Assembly: GCA_965658655.1 (NCBI GenBank)
Contig: CBFHTA010000002.1
Coordinates: 96,001-160,000, forward strand
DNA length: 64,000 nucleotides
Source of the DNA: Candidatus Babelota bacterium
GTDB taxonomy: Bacteria; Babelota; Babeliae; Babelales; CAIQNR01
Direction of reading: 5' to 3'
Numbering within the stretch: the first letter of the stretch is position 1; each line of letters starts with the position of its first letter. The position numbers and the translations under genes are program-made. Below are positions 39,601 to 48,952 of this stretch, piece by piece. The notes beneath the pieces are model-generated. The model saw only the letters and a program-made list of their open reading frames with translations, was not told where the DNA came from and did not search any database.

Positions 39601-42600
39601 AAGTGCATAAATATAGGTTCCTTTGTTGACAGACTCTAAACTTAAGCGAAGTTTGAGTCCGCCAAAGTAAACGGGGTATAATGTTTTTTGAATTTGTCGC
39701 TGGGCTGATTGCAATGCAGTATTCAACTCTCCTTGTAACCCAGAAGAAAGATTTGCGAATGCCGCATTTAGATTTTGAGTCGTAACTGTTTGGCCAATAT
39801 CTCCTTGATTAGTTAACGCTGCAGCAAGAATTTCTTGAGGACTCAATCTCAGTTGCGTTCCTGTTCGAACTGGAGGAGAAACTTTTCCTTTTGCAGGGTC
39901 AGAACCACCTGGCAATACACTTTGCCCAACAGGTTGTAAACTACACTCGTTTCCAGATAGCGATGCATTAGGAGAGAAACAAGCATAAGGAGCAACATCT
40001 TGCATATCCCCCATTCCTTTAGCACCTGGATAAATATACGGTGTATACACCTGACCAGTACCCACATTAATTAAATACTTACCTGCAACCACTTCAGTGT
40101 AAGGTCTTCCAATACTATGTAACTGATCTATAGATTTTACATTACCATCTTCTGGACCAAGTGCACATACAAAGATATCTGTTTGAGGAAAGCCCGAAGC
40201 ATGATAAAAGAAGTTACCATTTGCAACATCTTGCCTACTTGTTGCAGTAATATACACATTTCCATATTGACGTTGAGTGTAATTAAATGGCCCCATAAAT
40301 CCACTCTGAACCCAATAATTATTTCTATCTTCTGATAGCGACCATTCTGTATAAGCAGCAAGAATACTTGGGTAAAAAGTGCCTAGTTTTTTACCATATG
40401 TTGGACTACTGATACCTTTAAAGAAACGAGCCTGTTTAAGAGGTCCTGTGTCTGCAGTATTGCTCAAGTCTCGTGCAAGGTTAAATCCAGAGAATGCTTC
40501 TGGCAGCACACTCATTAACGAACCATTAACTTTGTCTTTACCATGCGAAATAACCAGTGTAGTTGCATTCTTACACGGTTGCGTCATTGGCCATTGAACG
40601 GTTTGACTCTGCACTGCTTTTGCACTTTGTTCAGCAGCACCACCCGATTGCTCTTCTTGCCCTGTTGGAGAGAAAGTAGAAGATTGCCCACCTCTAGAAC
40701 AGAAAGAGAATCCAGTAAAGAATAAGAAATAAAGTGGAGGAACATTAATCATTAATTGTTCGCTTTTCCACTCTGCTGCTCGTGGCGTTTTATTAATAAT
40801 ACTATTAATAGTATTATACCTCTCTTGAGCACTTGAGAGCATTTTTTCAAGTGGCTCTAGATTTTTTGCTCCCATAAGCGCAGATACTTGTTCTTCATTA
40901 AATCCAGCTTTCATCAAATAGCTACCAGCGCTTTCTGCTCCATATTTATCAATCACTCCAATCGCGTATTCTTTTGTACCAGCAGAGAGCCCTCCTAAAG
41001 AAGCAGAAAGTTTTGAAAATTTAACACCATAATTAAGAACGGCATCTTTTGCACTATTATACTCTTGCAACATTTGAGGATCGGTAATCATTCTATTTAC
41101 AGGATTGTAATAACCTGGCATAAAGGCAGTTCCCATATATACATTTGGAACTACCCTAATTGTTTCTAATGAGCGAGTGGGGCCATTCGGTCCCTTCTTT
41201 TCTACATAAATTTGATCTTGTTGTTCTCCCACCCATGAACCTGTTTGAAAACCATATTTACCTTGACCATTAAGAGAGAAGAAAGAACCTCGATTAAGTG
41301 GATGCATATTAACGGTATACCATAATGGTAAAGGTTCATAATCAGTGTCATAACCACGTCCTGTAATCAAACTAAACAAACCTTGCACACCATGGGTACC
41401 CAAGCTTCCTGTCATCTGATCAAGGCCAAGGGGAAGAATCTCGAACTTACCCGTAGATGCGCCACCAACAGGTACTACGTAATCGGGAACGCCATTCTTT
41501 CCTAATACACCGTCACCACTTTTTGTCACCTTATACACATAGAATCGAGATAGATACTCTTTCTTCTGTGCCTTATTCCAAGAAGTATATAAAGCATTTT
41601 GTTGAGCTGCGCTAGATGCTTGGCTAAGCACGTCTCCCATATCTTTAATACTGTTTTCTTGTTGCTCAAATGCGTCTCCATCTAACAGCTCTGTTAGAGG
41701 AACCCTGGTCAAAGTATAATTAGTATAGGTAGTAAATGGACCATCAACAGCTGCATCTGTACTATATTTTGCCATTGCTACAATCTGACTCATTGCTCTT
41801 TCTCCAATAGAACCTGCTCTCATAAGGAGCCTTTCTATTTGTTGCAACGCATAGGTGGCCATAGAATTATCTGGCACTCCATTACCGTCAAGATACGGAG
41901 TAAGTAATTTTGTATCACTTGCTACTTTCCCTTGTGCAGTAGTTGCCGGTCGAGTTCCTTGGTCATCTCCCTTTTGATAGGTAAGACCAGTTGTTAAACT
42001 AGAAATATAAACAATATCAGGATTTGGAACCATTTTGAGCGTATAACCTTTTACCGTTTCACTACCAGCAACAGCTTTACCTTTGCCTGTCTTTTGTTGC
42101 TTCTCTAAGTCACCCTTTACCACCCGTGGTACAAGAAGCGGAACAATACTTTTATTTGCCGACAAACAAACAACATACTCTTTAAGTGGCACATATGAAT
42201 TTGAATTGTTTCGTAATAAACCATGAAGTGAAGGTGTCACTGTAGTAGCAGTTTTTGCTTGTGTGTTATCTGAAACAATTTCATAAACATACAGGTTATA
42301 TGCATTAAGGTTTGCGTCAGGAGAAAAACCATATTCTGGTGTATCTACTTGCTGTTCTCCAAGTGCGTTGGCAACTGCACTTTGTGCTTGTCTAAGAGCG
42401 CTCTTTTCTTTTTCGCCATACGTAACCTTATTACCGTCAAACGAAATACTCGATTTATAACTTTGATCAATTTCAGCAAGACTTTTTAAAGCTTTTTTTA
42501 AATCTGAACTAAGCGGACGAAGAGAATTATTAAGAATAATATTTAAGAACCCCGTACCTTCCATTTGACGTAATTGCAAAGTACCAAAACCTTTTACGTC

Positions 42601-44472
42601 TGTAGGAGATCTAAATGCAGCAATGGTTTTATAAAACAATGGCGGTGGTAGATTTCCTCCCACAGTTCCTGGAAGCGTTGATTGTGTAGAAGCAGAACCA
42701 GTAGCTGCGTATTGACGCACCATAGGAGATAACAACATTGCTTTAATTATAGGATCGTTAAATGAATTTTTTGCTCCATGTGACATTAACGAAGAAGAAT
42801 CCATACGCAAATAATCAAGCGCATCAGAAGTATGCGTAAAAGTATTAGCGCTTGTTTTAGTTACAAACCCACTCGCAAATGGTTCAATAACACCAATCAT
42901 AGATTGGGTAGGCTGAAGATAGTTTGCAGCTTCGCCCGTACCTACAAATACATACCCATTATTTAAACAAACCATCTGACCGTTAAACTGAGATCCTCCA
43001 ATATAAGAAGTTCCCCAGAAACTTTGTTGTGGTGCACCGGTTACATAGAAGTTGGCAGTTCGTAAAAACTGAGAGTTAAAGTAACCAGAAGACTGCTTAG
43101 TACCATTTGGAACTTCACAATAAAGGTAAGCTGAATTTGCAGGATTCTGTTGATCAATTAATTGTGGGGGAATCTGCAACCACAAATTACCAAATGGCTG
43201 AGCGTCTCCAATAGTTTCGAGCAACGCCATTCTGTTCTCTTTTGCCACCGTCATTTGATACAAGGCACTCGGCACAGTAAATGCAAGAGCCTGACCAAGC
43301 AACATAACAAAACCAGAAACCAACATTCGCACAACGCTCAGGGCTCCTTTTCCTGCCCACTCAAGGTTTCTACCAATTCTTTTATCTATAGAATCAAGTT
43401 TTCGAATAGCTTTTTCGTTTTTCGCTTGTTCTTTCAACTTATCATTAAGTTCATCTTCTAATCCTGTAGTATCTTCACCATCGTTTCCTGCTCTGGCGAT
43501 GCGATCTCTTACATCTTGAACTTCATCTGCCAATCGTGGTCGCTCCACTTTTATCAACCGTTCTTGTTCTTCTATCGTTCTTTGAGACCTCAAAGATTTG
43601 TCAGACCAATCATGATAGTCATCCACCTTACCTCGAACATACCTTGTTGTACCACTCCAAGCATCATCAACTTTACCTTTAGCTCCTCTCCACGCCCTTT
43701 TTAAAAAGCCCGCATCATCGGCATCATTTTTTTCACCCCGAGTCATTGTGTCTCGTAAATCTTTCATATCTTTTCGGTTTTCATTCAAGCGATCTTCTGC
43801 ATCATCAAGATTTGCCTGAGCTTCCTTCACTTCTCTAGAGGTACTATTAGGGTTTTCTTTTACCTTTTCTAAATTTTGTTGAGCCTCATTAGCTTTTTGA
43901 TTCAAATCTGTGTTTTCTTTCTTTAATCTCTTATACTGGTCTGCCTTACTTGTGCTTCCCTCAGACCCTTTGATAGCACCATCAGTATCGTTATGCATAT
44001 CTAATCGAGCTGAATTATCGCCTGAAAGGGGATCTCCACTCTCGGGATCAACTCCGTCAGGACCCTGTTGAACATTTATGTTATCCATCGCTTGGTTGAT
44101 TTTACCAACATCATAGTTATCGTTATCAGCCTTCATAACAGCTCTGGCATTAGCAACGTCTTGATCTGTAATACTTGCTTTTGCTTCGTTAATAGCCTTT
44201 ACTTGGCTAGAGTCAAGGTCTTCTAGCTTTAAGGTTTTCCCCGTTATTCTCTCGTATTTTGCTACAGCTTCTATTTGGTCTTCAGAAAGATTTCCAAGGT
44301 CGTCACCTTGAAGGTCTCCATCTTTAACCGACAAACCGTCTCCAAGGTCTGCATCATCATCCGCCATAGCATCTGCCGCAGCGTCCATAGAAAAAACAGG
44401 AGAAAAAGAGATAAATGGGAGTGCCGTAATTAACAATGTTAAGAGTGTGAGATTTTTAAATTTAATTTTCAT
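36679..44472 (-). CDS. 2597-aa secreted protein: acidic N-terminus, coiled coil, hydrophobic segment, cryptic repeats, Pro-rich tail
   Basis: Uninterrupted 7.8-kb ORF; signal peptide ending VFS-MD; upstream TTGATT-18-TAAGCT promoter-like element; own terminator. Confidence 0.9.
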   Translation of the reverse strand: MKIKFKNLTLLTLLITALPFISFSPVFSMDAAADAMADDDADLGDGLSVKDGDLQGDDLGNLSEDQIEAVAKYERITGKTLKLEDLDSSQVKAINEAKASITDQDVANARAVMKADNDNYDVGKINQAMDNINVQQGPDGVDPESGDPLSGDNSARLDMHNDTDGAIKGSEGSTSKADQYKRLKKENTDLNQKANEAQQNLEKVKENPNSTSREVKEAQANLDDAEDRLNENRKDMKDLRDTMTRGEKNDADDAGFLKRAWRGAKGKVDDAWSGTTRYVRGKVDDYHDWSDKSLRSQRTIEEQERLIKVERPRLADEVQDVRDRIARAGNDGEDTTGLEDELNDKLKEQAKNEKAIRKLDSIDKRIGRNLEWAGKGALSVVRMLVSGFVMLLGQALAFTVPSALYQMTVAKENRMALLETIGDAQPFGNLWLQIPPQLIDQQNPANSAYLYCEVPNGTKQSSGYFNSQFLRTANFYVTGAPQQSFWGTSYIGGSQFNGQMVCLNNGYVFVGTGEAANYLQPTQSMIGVIEPFASGFVTKTSANTFTHTSDALDYLRMDSSSLMSHGAKNSFNDPIIKAMLLSPMVRQYAATGSASTQSTLPGTVGGNLPPPLFYKTIAAFRSPTDVKGFGTLQLRQMEGTGFLNIILNNSLRPLSSDLKKALKSLAEIDQSYKSSISFDGNKVTYGEKEKSALRQAQSAVANALGEQQVDTPEYGFSPDANLNAYNLYVYEIVSDNTQAKTATTVTPSLHGLLRNNSNSYVPLKEYVVCLSANKSIVPLLVPRVVKGDLEKQQKTGKGKAVAGSETVKGYTLKMVPNPDIVYISSLTTGLTYQKGDDQGTRPATTAQGKVASDTKLLTPYLDGNGVPDNSMATYALQQIERLLMRAGSIGERAMSQIVAMAKYSTDAAVDGPFTTYTNYTLTRVPLTELLDGDAFEQQENSIKDMGDVLSQASSAAQQNALYTSWNKAQKKEYLSRFYVYKVTKSGDGVLGKNGVPDYVVPVGGASTGKFEILPLGLDQMTGSLGTHGVQGLFSLITGRGYDTDYEPLPLWYTVNMHPLNRGSFFSLNGQGKYGFQTGSWVGEQQDQIYVEKKGPNGPTRSLETIRVVPNVYMGTAFMPGYYNPVNRMITDPQMLQEYNSAKDAVLNYGVKFSKLSASLGGLSAGTKEYAIGVIDKYGAESAGSYLMKAGFNEEQVSALMGAKNLEPLEKMLSSAQERYNTINSIINKTPRAAEWKSEQLMINVPPLYFLFFTGFSFCSRGGQSSTFSPTGQEEQSGGAAEQSAKAVQSQTVQWPMTQPCKNATTLVISHGKDKVNGSLMSVLPEAFSGFNLARDLSNTADTGPLKQARFFKGISSPTYGKKLGTFYPSILAAYTEWSLSEDRNNYWVQSGFMGPFNYTQRQYGNVYITATSRQDVANGNFFYHASGFPQTDIFVCALGPEDGNVKSIDQLHSIGRPYTEVVAGKYLINVGTGQVYTPYIYPGAKGMGDMQDVAPYACFSPNASLSGNECSLQPVGQSVLPGGSDPAKGKVSPPVRTGTQLRLSPQEILAAALTNQGDIGQTVTTQNLNAAFANLSSGLQGELNTALQSAQRQIQKTLYPVYFGGLKLRLSLESVNKGTYIYALTPEGQSYDSAHDYLVVTDMPNSASTGGKAVTPYTKAMLSLVTGTLYLENGQSKQNYLGKMYEKTGVGREQSVPRRAMELVQTQNKVQINVDLAQRIIELNTQYINEVSSLEDPRSLIDTAPIIPIAVMEKARTVTEPTLNNPAVPSSNLIQVGGKYFLKAKTVLSDKDENGRMPTLYTFFDFNATSEAGDSNVGVYYAVPTNPKAENLVPTSAMKGFELEAMRAAHGVVVEPNGEQSLTIPVTNVPLPLAPGEKTLIPGFGQDGYYMKLAKNVAPAINREKGEKYYYYYHRLTQAYYVLVQDMTGTLYGGGSEDGKDIANIGYFVDLMSGDEYYVNGQPRMIPTVVAYPIVQGENKQEVVDVEMPIFVWGEANNSSGQGQNLNALANTGQGYTQYMYVPFTSIYRFQNAQKQTMYIGYETKGEGASQEIIPVQKIIAPGSQEGKMQELNLPKGFDTQGMTEQQKAEVAFVSAVEAASQRGWALYEIEYKLSASGMAYDAITLTSAAGDKPRQYQFGSQRYIEGGIQGFKYPLAQNNMVARATVYGRPFVGMGMGNREGIKGIPQGTPVFGSTLCGILENKEESMLAFVPTINPVSPSSNTKLYFINQGGLPRPGQMAQYQAPGGISIPGLVTDYSVTGQKSRSGVAVQSSYVALGNQQVQAIYGFGYSYASKKDLAKYKDGVNVISNAEGNIQLVQEVDRNSKMTIQVPKNSIGSYLVGFSKPTPTVMYRIPPLATIEEYYQNDKTRYNAGKGNTMSAIEMFNNAVLTFGVGTYVDYSNGAIYEVKKGNSDYLYPNGYSVGGQGLSLIRQQFSNAQVQPGSLKLISQGNLDSEVQSAIAGKKSPPKAPPRAPVSEGQQYREAQQSSGSENRPMVSRGQKLPQQDSGSRGTSYQGPPAPPSRSTAVRTTGQEQTDFQQQQPAPRASRPAPEPPSRSTRFTWFQMPEQPLHLAVSDLKNRVLTFINTFFTQSRVV

Positions 44473-44551
44473 GATCGCCCCTAATTTTTAATCATATAGA
44501 CTTAAGCTTAAAAAAAAGAGGCGTTGAAAATCAATACTTAGAGTGAGTATT

Positions 44552-46039
44552 CTATGCTTCTTCGGTGTAAGAGTCGGAAGCAAGGAACTTTTTCAAACGA
44601 CTGTACAATTGTGGTCGATCCATAATGTCGTGATATCTACCAATAACTTTGTCTCCTCGAAGTACAATAAAATGGGGTACATCAGGTACTTTGTACTTTT
44701 TGGTCAAATCAAAAGCATCAGAAGCATCAACCTTAAAGAATCTAACTTTCCCCGCAAACTTTGCAGCTCCCCAATCAATTACCGGCATCATATGCATACA
44801 AGTAGGGCACGCGGTAGTATAGAAATCTAAGAAAACAAGCTCCTCAGAAGCCCCTTCCATTTTACGTTTAAGGTCTGTTTCGCTATTTATGTGATCAACT
44901 TTAATTTTCTTGGCTGCTTTTTCGAAGAAATATGGCTCCAAACTCTCTTGCATTCGTTGATTATAACCCAATGAACTAAGCCACCATACCACATCTAAAC
45001 CAGCCTTAATGCCATCTCCTGCGGCAACACCAGCTTGTCGATAACGAGGATCGCACACATCACCAGCAGCAACCACACCTTGATAGTTTGTTTGTTGAGT
45101 TCTACCATCAATCAATAAATAACCTTGCTTGTTCACATTAAGCGTATCTTTAAAGAGCTTTGTATTAGGATCGTGCCCAATTCCTAAAAAGACCCCTGTA
45201 ATCTTAAGATTGTCTTCTTCGCCGGTTTTAGGATTTTTAACATCAATATTGGTCACATGATATTCATCACCATTGATTTTGGTAATAACTGTATTATGAC
45301 GAATTTTAACATTATGGCAGCCAAGTGCCTTTTCTATCATACTTGGCGAAGCCTTGAGCTGCTCACCCCGAACCAAAATAGTTACGTTTTTAGCGTAAGG
45401 AGAAAGTTCGATTGCTTCTTCCATGGCAGAATCACCACCACCAACAACCACCACATCGTGATCCCTATGGTAAGGCGCATCACAAATTGCACAGGTTGTT
45501 ACTCCACGTCCCCAATAGGTATGCTCACCCTCAACATTTAAGCCGCGCGCGGTTGCACCGGTCCCAATCATAATAGCCATAGCGCGCAGCGTATTGCCCT
45601 CTTCGGTCTTCACCACATAAGGCCATTGAGAAAAATCAACAGAGCTCACAGTGTCATCAATCATGATAGCACCAAATTCTTCTGCTTGCTCTTGTTGTTG
45701 AGCAACTACTTCACTTCCCTTAATACGAGGAATTCCAGGCCAATTTTCTATGTAAGAAGTTCCTGTAAGCTGCCCCCCAGGCTTATTTCCGCGCAAACAA
45801 ATGGTTCGAATGCGTGTTCGAGATCCATACAACGCAGCGCTCAACGAGGCTGGGCCAGAACCAATCACTAAAAATGGAACTAAATTTTCAGTCTCTTTTA
45901 ATTTTTTAAGATCATATTGAAGGGGAGATTTTGATACATCAGAGGTATTACTACTTTTATAGTACCACCCGGCTACCCCACCAAAACATACAAGTGTGAT
46001 GAAACCCCAGAAAACATGTTTTGATGTTTTTTTTAGCAT
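44552..46039 (-). CDS. trxB: Thioredoxin reductase-thioredoxin fusion with N-terminal membrane anchor
   Basis: IGSGPA, GGQL, CAICD, GGGDSAMEEA, AAGDV; C-terminal Trx domain DFYTTACPTC; N-terminal TM VFWGFITLVCFGGVAGWYY. Confidence 0.9.
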   Translation of the reverse strand: MLKKTSKHVFWGFITLVCFGGVAGWYYKSSNTSDVSKSPLQYDLKKLKETENLVPFLVIGSGPASLSAALYGSRTRIRTICLRGNKPGGQLTGTSYIENWPGIPRIKGSEVVAQQQEQAEEFGAIMIDDTVSSVDFSQWPYVVKTEEGNTLRAMAIMIGTGATARGLNVEGEHTYWGRGVTTCAICDAPYHRDHDVVVVGGGDSAMEEAIELSPYAKNVTILVRGEQLKASPSMIEKALGCHNVKIRHNTVITKINGDEYHVTNIDVKNPKTGEEDNLKITGVFLGIGHDPNTKLFKDTLNVNKQGYLLIDGRTQQTNYQGVVAAGDVCDPRYRQAGVAAGDGIKAGLDVVWWLSSLGYNQRMQESLEPYFFEKAAKKIKVDHINSETDLKRKMEGASEELVFLDFYTTACPTCMHMMPVIDWGAAKFAGKVRFFKVDASDAFDLTKKYKVPDVPHFIVLRGDKVIGRYHDIMDRPQLYSRLKKFLASDSYTEEA

Positions 46040-46153
46040 GAAGACCCTTTGTTTTTAGACCACCTGAAGAAAAGCCTGGATTCTAGATTGTTTTGGAGAG
46101 TATACCAAAAAGATTTAAGAAAAAGCAGCATACTTTTGTTTTTTTTTCATTCT

Positions 46154-46210
46154 TTGACAAAAAAGGCCCTCTCCGGTACTCTACGACCACTCCTAAATCC
46201 TAGAAAAAAC
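46154..46210 (+). promoter_or_regulatory. Sigma70 promoter plus shared leader motif
   Basis: TTGACA-17-TACTCT, then ACTCCTAAATCCTAGAAAAAAC. Confidence 0.65.
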
Positions 46211-46240
46211 CTTATAAAAAACGACTGAAAGGGTATATTA

Positions 46241-48790
46241 ATGAGCCAGTCCTCATACTCAAGCTCTTCAATGAGCATTCTCCTAACTCTTTTACTCTCT
46301 GCTCAGGCACCCGCTTTTGCAGAAGTAAAAACTACTCCTAAAAAGGTAGTTACTATTTCACGCGAACAACTACAAGACCTGTCAGTCCGCGCACTCAAAC
46401 AGATTGATATTTGTGAATCCATCATAGATACATTTGGTCAATTCCTAGCAAACATTAAAGGAAAGTTGTCTGACGAAAAGAAAACAGAAATTTCTTATAA
46501 CTTACAAAATCTTCGTAAGCAGATGGGAATCATTAAAGATGCCTATGCTATTCACATTGATGCAAATCAACTTATTGGCCTTGTTAACTTAACAGGGGAA
46601 GTTGCGCGCGTATTGACTGCTGGTGTTAACTCTGGATTAGAAGTGATTCCAGAATTTAACGAAAAAGTTCTTGCAACTAAAGCAGCAGACAACACTTCTC
46701 TACAAGAAATTGAGAAACTATTGCTCGCCAACGATAAACGTTTACAAAAACTGGGTGACCTTTCTGAAAAAGTTGGTTTAACAAACCTAAACAGAATGTA
46801 TCGAACTGCACGTAAGGTTTACAAAAAGTACTACGTATGGCCGATCATCGAAAGAACAATTGTGTACACAGCATTTGTTCACTGGGCAGTCTTTGTTACT
46901 TCAGAATGGAAACTTGAACAACTAGAAAAAACTGGTGGAATACTTAGCCCAGTTGGCACCATTGTAAAAAACATTAAGAAATGGATTGGTTCACCAATAC
47001 ACCCAATCAAAAAAAATGTTCAATTAGACGGACATCTTGTAGTCAGAGATCATGAGACAGGCAAGATGCGCTTTGCCAGACAAAATGATCTTCCTCTTTA
47101 TGAATTAAACTTCACTAAAGAAGGCGAAGTCAAAACACCAAAACAATATATTGGCACTGAAAACATCGAAGGTACTCCTGAGATCAAAGTGCCTGTTGAA
47201 AACGAAGTTCCAGGAACCTCTTCACCTAAAGGGAAACTAAATAATGCAACAGACTGGACTTCTGGTTTCGGGAATCTTGACTTCAAAAAACAAATGTTCA
47301 CATGGGCTCCAGGTCTCTTTTTTGCAAATTACCTATCAGAAGATTACAAAGTAATTTCTACAAAATGCAGCAAACTTACAAGCAGAGTTGACGACTTCCT
47401 TTATGGCACTACAAAGAAACGTAGTTACGAAACTTTGACTATGCCAGATGAGCGTTTCGATAACATTGTAGGTAGAGACGAAGTAAAAGCTGAATTAAAG
47501 AAAGTAGTTGAATACATCTGTTCACCAGATAAATTCGACCGTGCTGGTATTAAAGTTGAAAAAGGTTACTTGCTTGCTGGTGATCCACAAACAGGTAAAA
47601 CCTACATGGCAAAAGCACTAACCGGTGAAATTAACGATGCACTCAAAAAAATGGGTAGAAACGATAAAATGCGCTTGTTCGAAATCAGCACAGACGCACT
47701 TATCTCTAAAGGTATTGCACACTACATGAACCTTGCTCGTTACCACGCGCCTTGCATCTTGTTCTTAGACGAACTCGACCTTTTAAGATTGCAACGTGAT
47801 GGTGACTCTAAACTGTTGAGTGAATTCTTAACAAGCATGAGTGGCACCTTAAGCAAAGACGAAAAGTCTCACGTTATTATTCTTGCTGCAACCAACAAAC
47901 CAGAGAACTTAGATTTTGCACTTCGCCAACATGGACGCTTTGGTAAAATGTTCTGGTTCGACAAACCAACATTTAACCATCGTATTGAATTCTTCCAAAA
48001 AGAATGTGTTAAACGTTGCATGAACATTGAGCGTTTTAACTTCAATGAGCTAGCAAAACAAACTGAAGGTTGTTCTTTTGGTTCGCTCGACATTGTTATG
48101 AAGAAAGCGTTAATGCTTGCAAAACTCAGCGGTAGTTCAGTAACTCAAGAACACTTCGACAAAGCACTCGATAGTGAAATCAAACAAATGATTCCACACG
48201 GGTACAATGTTCCTAAAGAAAAAGAAGAAGTTATTGCAGTACACCATGCTGGTAAAGCAATTATGAGCGCGGTTCTTGAGCCTCAAAAGAAACTCAGCAA
48301 AGTAACCGTGTTACCAATCACGCAAGATTTACAAGAAGAACACGTTACTCAGCAATACAACATTGCAGGGCTTCAAAGTAAAGACCAACGCGCAATTCGC
48401 CACGGCGGGATATTCTCTTACAATTGGTCAGACTCGCTCAATTTGGTTTCTCAAGATGAGTTAAAGAAACAATGTAAGATTTTGCTTGCAGGTAACATTG
48501 CACAAACAGTTTACGGCTTATCAAGCCCTTCATACGACAAACAAGACAAACAAGAAGCGTTTAAACTTGCAAAACAAATTGTGCTTGAAGGTTTAGATCA
48601 AAAAGAAATTGCAAAAGCAATTCGTGAAGAAAAACTAACCGAAGCATATCGCTTGGTTGAACAATACGAATATGAAATTGCACAACAACTTGAAGAGCAC
48701 AAAGGATGGCTTGTTGCAACAACTCAAGCACTCCAAGAACGCAAAACGCTTTCTGTTGGAGAACTTGAAGAGCTACACAGTAAGATTTAA
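46241..48790 (+). CDS. FtsH-like AAA+ ATPase with degenerate M41 protease domain
   Basis: Walker A GDPQTGKT, Walker B ILFLDELD, SRH AATNKPENLDFAL..HGRF; HEXXH position reads HHAGK. Confidence 0.88.
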   Translation: MSQSSYSSSSMSILLTLLLSAQAPAFAEVKTTPKKVVTISREQLQDLSVRALKQIDICESIIDTFGQFLANIKGKLSDEKKTEISYNLQNLRKQMGIIKDAYAIHIDANQLIGLVNLTGEVARVLTAGVNSGLEVIPEFNEKVLATKAADNTSLQEIEKLLLANDKRLQKLGDLSEKVGLTNLNRMYRTARKVYKKYYVWPIIERTIVYTAFVHWAVFVTSEWKLEQLEKTGGILSPVGTIVKNIKKWIGSPIHPIKKNVQLDGHLVVRDHETGKMRFARQNDLPLYELNFTKEGEVKTPKQYIGTENIEGTPEIKVPVENEVPGTSSPKGKLNNATDWTSGFGNLDFKKQMFTWAPGLFFANYLSEDYKVISTKCSKLTSRVDDFLYGTTKKRSYETLTMPDERFDNIVGRDEVKAELKKVVEYICSPDKFDRAGIKVEKGYLLAGDPQTGKTYMAKALTGEINDALKKMGRNDKMRLFEISTDALISKGIAHYMNLARYHAPCILFLDELDLLRLQRDGDSKLLSEFLTSMSGTLSKDEKSHVIILAATNKPENLDFALRQHGRFGKMFWFDKPTFNHRIEFFQKECVKRCMNIERFNFNELAKQTEGCSFGSLDIVMKKALMLAKLSGSSVTQEHFDKALDSEIKQMIPHGYNVPKEKEEVIAVHHAGKAIMSAVLEPQKKLSKVTVLPITQDLQEEHVTQQYNIAGLQSKDQRAIRHGGIFSYNWSDSLNLVSQDELKKQCKILLAGNIAQTVYGLSSPSYDKQDKQEAFKLAKQIVLEGLDQKEIAKAIREEKLTEAYRLVEQYEYEIAQQLEEHKGWLVATTQALQERKTLSVGELEELHSKI

Positions 48791-48820
48791 GTAAGCGCCA
48801 TTAGGCGTTTGTATTAAGTT

Positions 48821-48855
48821 AAAAAAAAGACCGGCGTAAAAACCGGTCTTTTTTT
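48821..48855. terminator. Bidirectional intrinsic terminator
   Basis: A8-GACCGG...CCGGTC-T7; nearly identical to 27708-27744. Confidence 0.85.
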
Positions 48856-48952
48856 TAACTCTTTGTCTGTGCAGAAATCGTGTTAATGACAGTGATACGT
48901 TCGGTTTGCCTGTTTTTATCAGGCCCCCTTGCCTCAAAAAATTCTAATGTAT

